A DNA stretch of 41,326 nucleotides, from positions 1-41,326 of the IMG/VR virus record IMGVR_UViG_3300024344_000040; one strand, written 5' to 3'. Under the pieces are notes generated by a model. The model was not told where the DNA came from. It was given only the letters and a program-made list of their open reading frames with translations, and did not search any database. Shown piece by piece: positions 8,220 through 18,406 of the stretch (the stretch's first letter is position 1; every line of letters begins with the position of its first letter). The position numbers were made by a program, and so were the translations under genes. Origin of the DNA: a virus (lineage: Duplodnaviria; Caudoviricetes).

Positions 8220-11200
8220 TCACCTAGTTAAACATACTGCTGCCGCTCTGGCAGCTTTTGCTAAATTCTCACTATCAATTAAATCTTTTTCATACGTTGC
8301 TGAAACTTCTTTTAAGGCGTTATCTAATTCTTTTGCTAATGCTGGCTCTATATTTGCAAGTTCAGCTTCTAAATCAGATTGAACTTGAGTTAACTCCTCA
8401 TTTTGCTTTGTAATCTCTCTCGATAATTCATGAGGTTTAAGAGCAGCATTTCTTGCAGAATCTGTTTCACCAACTAGATATTCTGCCGTATCATTAGTCC
8501 CATTACTTTTACCAGTTTCTCGATGCTTAGTAGCTAGCTTTATTGCTTCTGTTTTTGTTAGTTTAGGTGGCTCTACAAAACCCTGAGGTAACATATCCAT
8601 CACGATTATTACTTTTCCAGATTTATCAGTGCCTACATCAACAACTCTATATGTCTGGTTAGGGGGTAGTATAACTTCTGTTTCTCCAGTTCCATATTGC
8701 CAAACAGCTTTCATATCTCCTTTTGAAGTTAACATATGCGCGTTCTCAGGTAAATTTATTTTTATTGTTGGTGCTGAAGAAGATTCAAAATTTTGGGCTG
8801 ACAAATAATTAAGAGCGGTAGACATCGCTCCAGTTAATTTAACTTTTTTCCCTACCATAAGTTTTGCAGTTTCAATATCTTTAGCATTATTCATATTAAT
8901 ATCTTTACCTGCAACATTATTAAAAGCCTGATATGGAGTGTTTTGGCGCCAAACAATCATAGGTTTACGTATTCCACCAGCCTCAAGTGCTTGGTTAAAA
9001 CCCTCAACAAGGCCCTTATGGACTCGATAATATTTAGTTACTGTTTTAGTCCAGTCTATCCTATCCAATTCAAAAATCTGGGTCAGATAATCATCACCTT
9101 GGAATTGCTTGCCTATATCACTAGAAACAGAGTGAAAGTCTTTTTTCGCCTGCGTTAGTAGTTTTATCCACTCTCCTAAACTTATAAGACCAAGGGTTTT
9201 ATTATCCTTTGTCCCCGTGAGATTAGGCTCATAATAGTTGATAGCGCGAGTTATGGCATTATACGTGCCGCTAGCACCGGTAAATTTTGCTATGGCAAAT
9301 TTTGTATCTTCAGAGTACTTAGCTTTTTTCTGTAAGCTGTTTAAGATACTTTTGGCAGTTGATCCACTCATTGTAACCCAGGATAAATCAGATTCGGGAG
9401 CTGTTGCTTCAAACTGGTCGGGATACTGAGAAGATAAAGCATCTCGGCGTAATTTCATAAAAGCCTTTAAATCTTGAGCATCATTAACTCCAGACATTGC
9501 GATGAGTTTATCTATCATCTCAGGAGAAACCTTAAATATTGCTTCTGCCGCCTCGCTTTCTAAGTCAGTCATTCGTTGGGCCCCAAGACTCTCTTTTACG
9601 TGTGAGTATACAACGTGTCCATTAGGGTTGCTAGTCTTACCAGTTAATTGGCCCATATTAAATTCTAGACCTTCAGGAAGAGGAGATTTTTTCTTTCCTT
9701 GAGCTCGATAATATAGTGAAGCACCGGGATCGATTCTAACGACTGATCCATCTTTAAGTTGCATCATATTAAAATTTGGAGGATTTCCTACCCAATCGTA
9801 GTTTGCTAACATAACATCAACTAAGTGGCCTCGCCAAAAGTCTTCTAGAACTTTTTTAGGTAAATCTTTAAAATCTTGAGGTGTAATAGTTTTTGCCTCT
9901 TGCAGTTTACTACTAGCAATACCAACAATCTTCTTATTTTGGTGGACAAGTTTATAGTGCGGCATTGGAACACCGAACGCTCTATAAAGTTGAGATGCAA
10001 GCCATTCACTTCGAGCAAGATCTCCAGAAATAGCTCCACTACGCGCGTCTATGGGTTTCTGGTGGTGTTTAAGCAAAGCTAAAACGGCTTCATCTTTAGC
10101 CTTTTGATTAACCGCGTTTCTTAAAAAAGGTGATCTTGGATTATCTAAGCTGTGACCAGAAAGACTCTTTGTTTCTCTTAAATTATCTGGAAAATGCTTT
10201 GTGATTTCTGAGTATGATAAATCACTTTTTCCTATAAAAAATTGGGTATATCGACCACCGGCACCCGCGTGAAAGTATCCGGGAAGAGTAGATTCAATAT
10301 TATATTGATCAGCATCGATCCCCATCTCCTCTTGAACTTCTCTCATAGCGGCCATTTCTGGAGTTTCTCCAGGATTAGCCTGACCTTTTGCATACGTTGT
10401 CTGATACCCGCCAAACCCATCTTCTAGTGAGTCTCGAGCAGGTTTTGGCTGTCTTAAAACAACTTGATTATCTCGTGTTATTATAATAACGCCGTAAGCT
10501 AATTCCTGATTACCTGGATCAGTACTATGTACCTTACCGTAAAGTTTTTTCCAACCTGAAGGATATTGGTTATCAACAAGATCTTTAGGAAACTTAACAT
10601 AATATTCATCTCCAGTCGCCTTATCAATGTGATACCCTCCTGGATGACTTCCACTCGGTTGTCTTCTTGGATTTCCTGAGGGATGGAGATTTTCTATATT
10701 TAGAGCCGTATCAATTTGTTCAACAGCAAAGTCATCGCCTAAAAATGAATTATCCGGAGTCTCGTATGCTTTTTTAAGTTGTGTTCCTTTAATTAAAGGA
10801 CTGAACGCCGCTTTTTCCTCGTTATCGAGAATTGAAAAAGCCTTTGTGGGTTGTGTAAGCTGTACATCTGCTTGATTCATTTGAGAATCAAATCTAACAT
10901 TTTCAGCAGAGATTACATGAACCGATGATTTTTGAGCTTGATTTACATTTGTTCCAACATACGTAAAATTAGCATCAGAAGCATCTAATCCTTTCATAGC
11001 TAGAGCAGGAATTAGTTTTATCACATCTCCTTCTAGTGTTGGAGCTCCATTTCTATTTACAGATAGTCCTATGCCTGCTTCTGAAGTAGCATCAAATAAT
11101 TTAAGAACTCCCGCTTTATTCCTCACTAAGATTGTTCTAAGACCTGAATCAGTCTCAATACGTAAAGCTATTCTTTGTTTATATTTAGATTTTTGAGCAC

Positions 11201-12521
11201 CATTAACGGCGTTAAGTAACTCTTCACTATTTAGTGCTCGCGTGATGTTGTTTTTAAAGTTAGATGTCTTTTCTTTATTAGTAACGAGTCTATCTATTAA
11301 GGTTAAACTTTGATCAATATTCTCATGAGGAATAAACTGTTCTGAGGCGTCTAGCCTAGTTGGACCAATATTAGAATCACCTTGATGCACGCCAACTGGT
11401 GCTTCAACTTCTGCCTGTCTGGCCTCGTGCACTATAGGTGCAGCGCCATCAACATCATTTATTGGAGTCTCTACTTGAGGTTCAAATTCTCCGTGTGTTA
11501 TAGGAGAAACCTCAATGTCTTCTCCGTTCATTGCCTGTTTTACAGCTGTGTCAATTGCCTTAGCGTGTCGTTTTCGAGATATACTTCTCATCATAGGACT
11601 TACTACTCCAGAACCTATGGTGTGTAACCCTCCTCCTAAGACTCCTCCAAAAGCAATATTAACAATCGAGTCAAGAGCGGTATAGTTACTTTGAGAGTGG
11701 TGAGCAGAAGCTAATATCAAGGGCTCGATAGAAGCAGCTCCATACATTCCAGATAATGTTCCTCTGATGGCAGATGAGCCTACTCGACTTCCTTGAACTC
11801 CAACAATTCCTGCTAATCTTGCAGCTCCAATAGGAGGGATAATAGCAGATACTGTTAGACCAATAGGATCGACTATAGCCGTCGCCATTTCTAAACCAAA
11901 GCCTTTCCACCAATGCGCGCCTGTTGCTCTATTTAAAGTAAACTCATAATCTATCTCTTCTTGTTTTCTATGGTGTAAAAAGAAAGCCTCAAGATTTGAG
12001 ATATTTTCTGTAAATTTTAAGTCACCTACTTTCCAGCGAGCGTTAGCTTCTTCTGCGGTTAATATTTTTGTAGGATCTTCATCACCAAAACCAGGATATC
12101 TTTCTTTTATTTGTTGAGGAGCAAATGGTAAACTGTGCTCAACTTCCCACTGAATTCGTTCTCTAGTTCCAGTAAATGGTTGAGCCTCTGGATATACTTC
12201 CTCTCTAAATTGAGAAATAGGTTTGTCATTTTTTTTACCGTATCCACCGGCTATAATACTTGCAGGACTACCAGGACTTTCTGGATTAGTACCATATTTT
12301 TCATAAGCTAATCTTGAAACTTCTCGCTGCTGATCAGTAGCCTCAACAAATTGTCTAATCTCATCTATTTCATTAAAGTATTCTAATCCGCCGTATCCCG
12401 TATATCTCCAACCACGGGTAGTAGCAGCATCCCAAATTTCAGTTGACGATGTTTGTAATTGAAATAAACCTAAACTAGTAGACGTCTGGCTAGGTTTTTG
12501 ATTTTTAAGACCTATATCCAT
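8220..12521 (-). CDS. Polyvalent internal virion protein: kinase-like + Nudix + ADP-ribosyltransferase
   Basis: Gly/Ala-rich hydrophobic N-terminal core-protein segment and AAAVCLTR C-terminus; exact Nudix box at 10317-10385; YVK...E...D...N...IDPG kinase motifs; WR...ST...ETE ART motifs. Confidence 0.85.
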   Translation of the reverse strand: MDIGLKNQKPSQTSTSLGLFQLQTSSTEIWDAATTRGWRYTGYGGLEYFNEIDEIRQFVEATDQQREVSRLAYEKYGTNPESPGSPASIIAGGYGKKNDKPISQFREEVYPEAQPFTGTRERIQWEVEHSLPFAPQQIKERYPGFGDEDPTKILTAEEANARWKVGDLKFTENISNLEAFFLHHRKQEEIDYEFTLNRATGAHWWKGFGLEMATAIVDPIGLTVSAIIPPIGAARLAGIVGVQGSRVGSSAIRGTLSGMYGAASIEPLILASAHHSQSNYTALDSIVNIAFGGVLGGGLHTIGSGVVSPMMRSISRKRHAKAIDTAVKQAMNGEDIEVSPITHGEFEPQVETPINDVDGAAPIVHEARQAEVEAPVGVHQGDSNIGPTRLDASEQFIPHENIDQSLTLIDRLVTNKEKTSNFKNNITRALNSEELLNAVNGAQKSKYKQRIALRIETDSGLRTILVRNKAGVLKLFDATSEAGIGLSVNRNGAPTLEGDVIKLIPALAMKGLDASDANFTYVGTNVNQAQKSSVHVISAENVRFDSQMNQADVQLTQPTKAFSILDNEEKAAFSPLIKGTQLKKAYETPDNSFLGDDFAVEQIDTALNIENLHPSGNPRRQPSGSHPGGYHIDKATGDEYYVKFPKDLVDNQYPSGWKKLYGKVHSTDPGNQELAYGVIIITRDNQVVLRQPKPARDSLEDGFGGYQTTYAKGQANPGETPEMAAMREVQEEMGIDADQYNIESTLPGYFHAGAGGRYTQFFIGKSDLSYSEITKHFPDNLRETKSLSGHSLDNPRSPFLRNAVNQKAKDEAVLALLKHHQKPIDARSGAISGDLARSEWLASQLYRAFGVPMPHYKLVHQNKKIVGIASSKLQEAKTITPQDFKDLPKKVLEDFWRGHLVDVMLANYDWVGNPPNFNMMQLKDGSVVRIDPGASLYYRAQGKKKSPLPEGLEFNMGQLTGKTSNPNGHVVYSHVKESLGAQRMTDLESEAAEAIFKVSPEMIDKLIAMSGVNDAQDLKAFMKLRRDALSSQYPDQFEATAPESDLSWVTMSGSTAKSILNSLQKKAKYSEDTKFAIAKFTGASGTYNAITRAINYYEPNLTGTKDNKTLGLISLGEWIKLLTQAKKDFHSVSSDIGKQFQGDDYLTQIFELDRIDWTKTVTKYYRVHKGLVEGFNQALEAGGIRKPMIVWRQNTPYQAFNNVAGKDINMNNAKDIETAKLMVGKKVKLTGAMSTALNYLSAQNFESSSAPTIKINLPENAHMLTSKGDMKAVWQYGTGETEVILPPNQTYRVVDVGTDKSGKVIIVMDMLPQGFVEPPKLTKTEAIKLATKHRETGKSNGTNDTAEYLVGETDSARNAALKPHELSREITKQNEELTQVQSDLEAELANIEPALAKELDNALKEVSATYEKDLIDSENLAKAARAAAVCLTR

Positions 12522-12523
12522 TG

Positions 12524-15469
12524 TTAGTTCTTTTCAGCTCCAGGTGTTACACCAGACTCCGGTACTCTATCACTAAAAAGCCCAATAAATGATTCCCAAA
12601 TTGTACCGTCATGAGCACTTAGAAGACTCATTGGGATCATAAACGGCATTGACTCGTCACCGGTGTCCATAGTATATTGTAGTTCTAAAGGAACAAATTG
12701 ACCTAGATTATCTTTATATCCAACAAGGTATTGATCATCGTGCTCAGAACTTGTTTTTAGTACGATATTTTCTTTTATGCTTTCAAGAGCAATAGCGTTT
12801 CCTACGTCTGCGGTAAGTAACGCTAGCGTCGCGCCTCCGGGAAGTTTAATTTGAACGTTTTCATAAGGTAAGCCAGATTTGAATTTTGCTGCAGCTAAGT
12901 TAGGTGTCTTACCTTGCATAAAACCACCAGCGACTAGATTATCCCTAAATATATCAGGAAGATCTGTGTTTCCCCTAATAATCAGTTCAAATAGGCCTGC
13001 CAGATCTTCTTTGTCCAAGTCTTTAAAATTTTTAACAAAAGTTTCAGCATTCCCATGCACAGTTTCGGGATTGATTCGAACAGGTTCTTTTAGTTTTGTA
13101 TAATAACTAGTGTTCTCGTCCGTTGTCCAACCGTAACTAATCATAACATTTCTTGGAATGAGCGTAGATACTCTACCGTCGTCTGATCTTTGAGTATACA
13201 AGATTTTATGAAGAGCTCCAGCAAAAGTTGTAGCTGCCTCAGCTGGACCTGGGAGGGAGCTCCACGATCCTATCGTACCTGGTTTGCTATTTGTTCCAAA
13301 AATTTGTTCTGCGTCTTTTTCAAAATCGTCACCTTTGCCGCGATTCATTGCTAGTGCAAAAGATATAGCGGCTCGGTATAGTTGAGATTCTACTTCGGCA
13401 GCTATATTAATATCATCATTATGTAACGTTCTAGCAAAATCTCTGATCCACTCGTGGTTTTCCTGGACCATAGCTTCAGCTTTTTTATATGTGGCTTGCG
13501 AATTAGTATCTGTTCCTACATTAATGCCATTTAACTCTTTTTTCATAAGCTCATCATTTTGAGAAAGTAGAGCAGCATTTGCTAACATGACTCTCCCAAT
13601 TTGACTTGCTGGATCTGTTGCCTTAATATCAGCAAGGGCTAAAGTAAAAAAACCAAGCCCAACATTATCGTGTTCTGACATAGTTGCATAGACCAAACTA
13701 TCAAACTCGTTCCCCGTAAGCTCTTGAAGAGCATCAAGGCGCTGAAGAAATTGTTCACCATTTTTTGCTGTTTTAAATAAATTTGCTACATTACTAGTCC
13801 AGACTTTTGGAAAGCGAAATGGTATATTTAGTTCTTTAGAACCTTGTTTTAACCTAAGTAACGTCTCCCCAAAATCTTCTATTTTTAACGCACGCAACTT
13901 TGGGTTTTCTTCATTAGCAACATCTGATAAGACTGCAGTGATATCTCTATGTGCAAATGACCGACCATTTCTTATAGAATTATTCTCTAGACTTTGAAGA
14001 ACCATACCCCCAGGATCAGTAGTCATCATTGTATTAATTTGTTTTATGGTTGGCATTATAGTGCGTACAACGGCTTGGGCATCTGCCGTTGTCATAACAG
14101 CTAATAGTTCATAGCCATTGTGATGATCTGTGTATCTATCTAGATTCATCTTTTTTATTGGTTTATCTGGATAAGGCCACTTTTCCCATCCGCCAATACC
14201 TGCAGCACTAAAACTAGTAACCTTTGTTTCCTTATTGGGTGGGGATGGAGCATAGTTTTGAAGCATACCCTTTAGATAAGTGGCACCTTGATGGCCACCA
14301 TCTAGATACTTAAGAAGAGATAGAATCTGTTCTCGGCGTTCTTTACTTCCGGTTAAATATTCATCTTTTATATAACCTGAAAGTTTTGCTATACGTATTT
14401 TTGCATTTTCCTCGTTTCTATAAATGGCTCGTCTTTCTTCATCTTGCTTAGTTACTCCAGGATAAACCTGCTCAGCGGCATCAGCAACCATACTTGTAGT
14501 CATCGTTTCTACTGTACCAACCGCAGGATCAATAAGTCTTGTTTGCTGGGTGACAAAATTATTCATCGTTTTGTCATGATCGTCTTTAGCAATTATTGAT
14601 CCAACCCTAGCTTCATTAACGGCTCTAGATCGAAAAGCCTCTATTTTTTCTGCAGGCATACTAAGAGACTTTAGGAAAGCGCTACCCGGCTGAAGCATAT
14701 TAACTACTTCATGAGGGTCTCTTGCTAGCATTCCAGATAAGAAAGATACCTCAGCTGCTTCAGTTTGTCTCTGTAGTTCTTCTTCTAAGATAGCAGGAGG
14801 TAATGTTATCGCGTAATCTATCTCACCTTGTTTTTTATCTTCAAGAATCCCTAGACTATTTTTAAATGTTTCCTTAATATTTTGTTTTAGTTCAGCAAAT
14901 TCATCTACGTCAGTTATGTCTCCTGCCCGAACCTCATATTTTTCTCCAATTTCTCGAAGGTCTAAAAGTTTTAGTTTAATGCGCTCCCTGCCCTCGTATT
15001 CAACAGCATTTTTTAATCCAGTTCTAAGAAGTTTATCCCACTGAGTTCTATAATATTTTTCGACGTATTTATTTCCTGGAAGTGCTTTTTTAGCAGCTGC
15101 CATAGATGCTTCTAGCTCGTTAGTGTGTATACCTCTAACTTGTGAGTTGTAACCAGTTACGCTTTTTGTAGCAGCAACAGTTCTAAATTCGTCTGAATCG
15201 TGTCGTTCTTTTGCATTTACAGTAGCTAGAGTAATATTATTTACAGAGTCTGGTATACGCTTTTGAACCCAAAGATGTGCTGCTTCTTTTGCTTGTCTCT
15301 CTTGTTCATCTAATACATCTTTACCTGCCTGCCATAAGCCTTGTCCAAGGTTTTGTCCACCGGTATTTGTAATAGCACTTATATCAGATTCAGAGGCGAT
15401 AGATCGACGGAAACCAACATCTTTCATTTGTTGCTTTGCCTGTTCCGCGTATGTCGTAATTTTTACCAT
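12524..15469 (-). CDS. Internal virion (ejection) protein, gp15-like position
   Basis: 981 aa, helical; MVKITTY start; lies between the gp14-like gene and other core genes. Confidence 0.7.
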   Translation of the reverse strand: MVKITTYAEQAKQQMKDVGFRRSIASESDISAITNTGGQNLGQGLWQAGKDVLDEQERQAKEAAHLWVQKRIPDSVNNITLATVNAKERHDSDEFRTVAATKSVTGYNSQVRGIHTNELEASMAAAKKALPGNKYVEKYYRTQWDKLLRTGLKNAVEYEGRERIKLKLLDLREIGEKYEVRAGDITDVDEFAELKQNIKETFKNSLGILEDKKQGEIDYAITLPPAILEEELQRQTEAAEVSFLSGMLARDPHEVVNMLQPGSAFLKSLSMPAEKIEAFRSRAVNEARVGSIIAKDDHDKTMNNFVTQQTRLIDPAVGTVETMTTSMVADAAEQVYPGVTKQDEERRAIYRNEENAKIRIAKLSGYIKDEYLTGSKERREQILSLLKYLDGGHQGATYLKGMLQNYAPSPPNKETKVTSFSAAGIGGWEKWPYPDKPIKKMNLDRYTDHHNGYELLAVMTTADAQAVVRTIMPTIKQINTMMTTDPGGMVLQSLENNSIRNGRSFAHRDITAVLSDVANEENPKLRALKIEDFGETLLRLKQGSKELNIPFRFPKVWTSNVANLFKTAKNGEQFLQRLDALQELTGNEFDSLVYATMSEHDNVGLGFFTLALADIKATDPASQIGRVMLANAALLSQNDELMKKELNGINVGTDTNSQATYKKAEAMVQENHEWIRDFARTLHNDDINIAAEVESQLYRAAISFALAMNRGKGDDFEKDAEQIFGTNSKPGTIGSWSSLPGPAEAATTFAGALHKILYTQRSDDGRVSTLIPRNVMISYGWTTDENTSYYTKLKEPVRINPETVHGNAETFVKNFKDLDKEDLAGLFELIIRGNTDLPDIFRDNLVAGGFMQGKTPNLAAAKFKSGLPYENVQIKLPGGATLALLTADVGNAIALESIKENIVLKTSSEHDDQYLVGYKDNLGQFVPLELQYTMDTGDESMPFMIPMSLLSAHDGTIWESFIGLFSDRVPESGVTPGAEKN

Positions 15470-15478
15470 TTCTTACTC

Positions 15479-15940
15479 CTATTGCACTTTTAGTGCGTCG
15501 CCCTGCGTACTCTTATAGTATTGTCCACCAGCCTTAAAGCCTGTAGAAAGAGCAGACATATACCCGGCTTTTTGCTTGCTTTTTCCCTTCATTGTTTCTA
15601 ATCGTCCACGTCCTCTATAATCAGCTGCTTCAATAGCTCCTTCATACATAATAGTTAAACGATCTATCTCTCCCTCTATCACATCATTCATCCGGACATC
15701 TAACGCTGATCCGGTATCAGAGACAACTCCCGAAGCCCCATAGCCTGCACGTTGCTTTCCTAACGCCCGTCGTAAACGTCTTTGCTGTTTATCTGCATCA
15801 TACCTAGCTTTTTCTTCTCTGAACTGGGCGTTTTGTTCCATTAATTGAGCGTTATACCGATGCATGGCATTAGCGGCTCTACCTTGCTGAATCGAACTAA
15901 CAGCAGAAAACGCTGCTCCTATCGCCATCATAACTGCCAT
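15479..15940 (-). CDS. Internal virion protein, gp14-like
   Basis: Ala-rich hydrophobic N-terminus, GKQRAGYGASGV and GSALDV motifs; synteny. Confidence 0.8.
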   Translation of the reverse strand: MAVMMAIGAAFSAVSSIQQGRAANAMHRYNAQLMEQNAQFREEKARYDADKQQRRLRRALGKQRAGYGASGVVSDTGSALDVRMNDVIEGEIDRLTIMYEGAIEAADYRGRGRLETMKGKSKQKAGYMSALSTGFKAGGQYYKSTQGDALKVQ

Positions 15941-15950
15941 TATTTAACTC

Positions 15951-16367
15951 CTAGTCGTAAATTTTTGCAATTCTAATATGATCTTCTAAGTTAGGACCAT
16001 AATAGCGCATTATACCCTCTTCCTCATATCCCAAAAAATCAGCCCATCTTTTTAACCCTATATTACCGTAAGGGATCGAACTTTGAAATCTTTTTATTCC
16101 GAAATGGTTTAAAGCATAATCTTCATTTTCTTTTATTCGTTTAATACAACCTAATGCCTTTTGCTTTATTTTCGGACTAGGAAATAAAAAAGTTTCCGCA
16201 ACATGGTCCCAAATTGGAACAAAACCAAAAATAGCATATATTTGTCCCCCTTCAAATAAAGACATTGAGACAGCATTTCTTGTAAAATCTACGGATTTAT
16301 TAACAAATTTAAGATCATTATCAACAAAATCAAAATGCCAGTCTTCCGTAGGAACTGTTATTATCAT
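15951..16367 (-). CDS. gp13-like GNAT-fold protein
   Basis: RWADFLGYEEEGIMRYYG acetyltransferase-like C-terminus; follows tail tube B. Confidence 0.75.
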   Translation of the reverse strand: MIITVPTEDWHFDFVDNDLKFVNKSVDFTRNAVSMSLFEGGQIYAIFGFVPIWDHVAETFLFPSPKIKQKALGCIKRIKENEDYALNHFGIKRFQSSIPYGNIGLKRWADFLGYEEEGIMRYYGPNLEDHIRIAKIYD

Positions 16368-18403
16368 CTATCAGATACTACCAAAGCATACATGATTGCT
16401 AATATCGTGCACGGGTGAGGAACGTCATGAGAGACATGCAATTCAAAAGAACGGTTTGGTGTATGAGATAGCAGTACTCTTTTATCTCCTGAATAAAATT
16501 GAACTGAGCCCATTGGAATAGAAGGCGTTCTAAAAAGAACATCTGATAAACTATCAGCATCAGGACCAAATTTTAAACCGTACGTATCAGCTACTCTAAA
16601 TGTAACTCGTTCTACTCGTCTAGTTTTACCTTGAGAGACTCCGTCGTCTGTTTTTACCTCAGGATCTAATGTCACAAGTTTAGCTGTGTATGGTAAACCA
16701 ACATGAACTACACTTGCTGAACGAGATAATGCAATTGCTCCACTGGAGACAGTACGATTAGCATGTGTTGCTCCATCAGCTAGTACAGCTACGACCTGTC
16801 CTTCTAGGTGTGCTAATCCTGAAATACTTGTAGCAGGTGAACCTGAATAGGTTAATCCACTGTCTACAAAGAAAGCATTGTTAGGAATGTGTCCCTTTGC
16901 TGAATCATATGATTCCTCTAAAAGTTCAACATACTGCTTAGTTGCCCCGTTAATAGTTCTAGAGACAACTAGATATAATTGTTCTTGAGATTCGTCAGTT
17001 GATGGGATGCAGCCAATAGACTTTATTGAAACATTTGTTCCACCTATCGTGTGTCTTGACCAAGCTACCACGTCTTGAGCTCTTTCATACGTCATAGATC
17101 TAAGCTCACCAGTAGCTAATAATACAAATACAATTGAGTCAGGAGATCTGGCATATGCTAACTCGGAGATATTACCAGTTGTTATATGCTCAGCAATTAG
17201 AGACATATCAGGAGTTGTAAATCCATCACTATCCAAGCTGTATGCTAGTTCTCTAATCTTTAATTTATTTCTGTCTACAAACAAGGTAGCCTTTGAGGCT
17301 CCTATTGGTTTAATATCAGCTGTACCGTCGGTTGTTTCCTTGCCAACGGTAACGTTTGTTGGGGTTAAAGCTAAATTATCTGATCCAGAAGACATGATAA
17401 ATGGACCATCCGCTGTTCCAAGTTGTAAAACTTTAGAACCATACATCCATCTAATAGCATTCACTTGGTCTGTATTTAATGTAAAATCTAGACCTCGATC
17501 ATCTGTAACTTCAGCAGCGTTATCAGTAGTACTAAAAGTATCAAAGTTTGCAGTCTCAGAAGCCCAAACAGTGTTCGGCTGAGTTGCCGTGTTTGCTGCA
17601 AAAAAACGCTGCTGATAAAAAGTAGCACATGTTGGCCACTTAGTAGTATCTGACCATGCCCCTAATTTCCAATTATCTGTGGCACTTGTAGCACCAAAAT
17701 TAAAATTTTCAAATGTAGATACTGTACAATGAGTAGTATCAGTAACTCCAGTAATTTTAGCCGATCCCCATTTATTAGACACAAGTGTTCTAATATGTCT
17801 TCCTACATCTGTGCTTTGAAAGCCGTCACCATCATTTACCCCGGTTGTACCACTTGCTGTAATTGTAACAGAAGTCCCTGACGTTGCAGATGCCGTCATT
17901 GTTGTTGCGGTATTATTTAATGGCCCAAATGGACCGTCAACTGTCTCAAAGTTTGTTATCGTCCAGGACGTATGGCCCGTACGACTGACTTTACGCGGTT
18001 GATAATTTTTGTGAAAAACGTACAAAATATCTGCACTTTGTGTCCAATCCAAGTCAACAAGGTCGTTTTGACCCCACGGACTCGCGAGCTCATACGCTGA
18101 ACCACTGCTTTGAATTTGTCCTTCATCACGGTAAAACCTAATATACTCATCTCCAAACTCCAATATATACGCTTGTTCTGTACTAAAAATAAATGGGACC
18201 AAACGTACTTTTTTACTGCTATCTTTTACTTCAGCAATGAAACGTGTGCCTGATCTTTTTGTTACTCCTCCATGCGGAAATACTAAAAAATTCTCCAAGT
18301 GCTCAAGACTTGAAGCATACTTTTGAAGATCAATACGCCCGTAGAGTCTTGGACTAATTTCACCTCCAGCAAAATTTGTTTGAATTGGTGTGACTTTAGC
18401 CAT
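16364..18403 (-). CDS. Tail tubular protein B (nozzle, gp12-like)
   Basis: QTNFAGGEISPRLYGR N-terminus, QSADIL, FYQQRFF, FVDSGL and VGLPY motifs. Confidence 0.92.
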   Translation of the reverse strand: MAKVTPIQTNFAGGEISPRLYGRIDLQKYASSLEHLENFLVFPHGGVTKRSGTRFIAEVKDSSKKVRLVPFIFSTEQAYILEFGDEYIRFYRDEGQIQSSGSAYELASPWGQNDLVDLDWTQSADILYVFHKNYQPRKVSRTGHTSWTITNFETVDGPFGPLNNTATTMTASATSGTSVTITASGTTGVNDGDGFQSTDVGRHIRTLVSNKWGSAKITGVTDTTHCTVSTFENFNFGATSATDNWKLGAWSDTTKWPTCATFYQQRFFAANTATQPNTVWASETANFDTFSTTDNAAEVTDDRGLDFTLNTDQVNAIRWMYGSKVLQLGTADGPFIMSSGSDNLALTPTNVTVGKETTDGTADIKPIGASKATLFVDRNKLKIRELAYSLDSDGFTTPDMSLIAEHITTGNISELAYARSPDSIVFVLLATGELRSMTYERAQDVVAWSRHTIGGTNVSIKSIGCIPSTDESQEQLYLVVSRTINGATKQYVELLEESYDSAKGHIPNNAFFVDSGLTYSGSPATSISGLAHLEGQVVAVLADGATHANRTVSSGAIALSRSASVVHVGLPYTAKLVTLDPEVKTDDGVSQGKTRRVERVTFRVADTYGLKFGPDADSLSDVLFRTPSIPMGSVQFYSGDKRVLLSHTPNRSFELHVSHDVPHPCTILAIMYALVVSDR

Positions 18404-18406
18404 GGA

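Noticed and set aside
10020-10590. Intein or intron explaining the split kinase
   Set aside because: No Cys/Ser start, His-Asn end or homing-endonuclease motif; the frame is open and the insert is a Nudix domain
8943-13103. Short opposite-strand or alternate-frame ORFs inside the ejection genes
   Set aside because: They are shadows of long motif-bearing genes, with no ribosome-binding sites or recognisable domains
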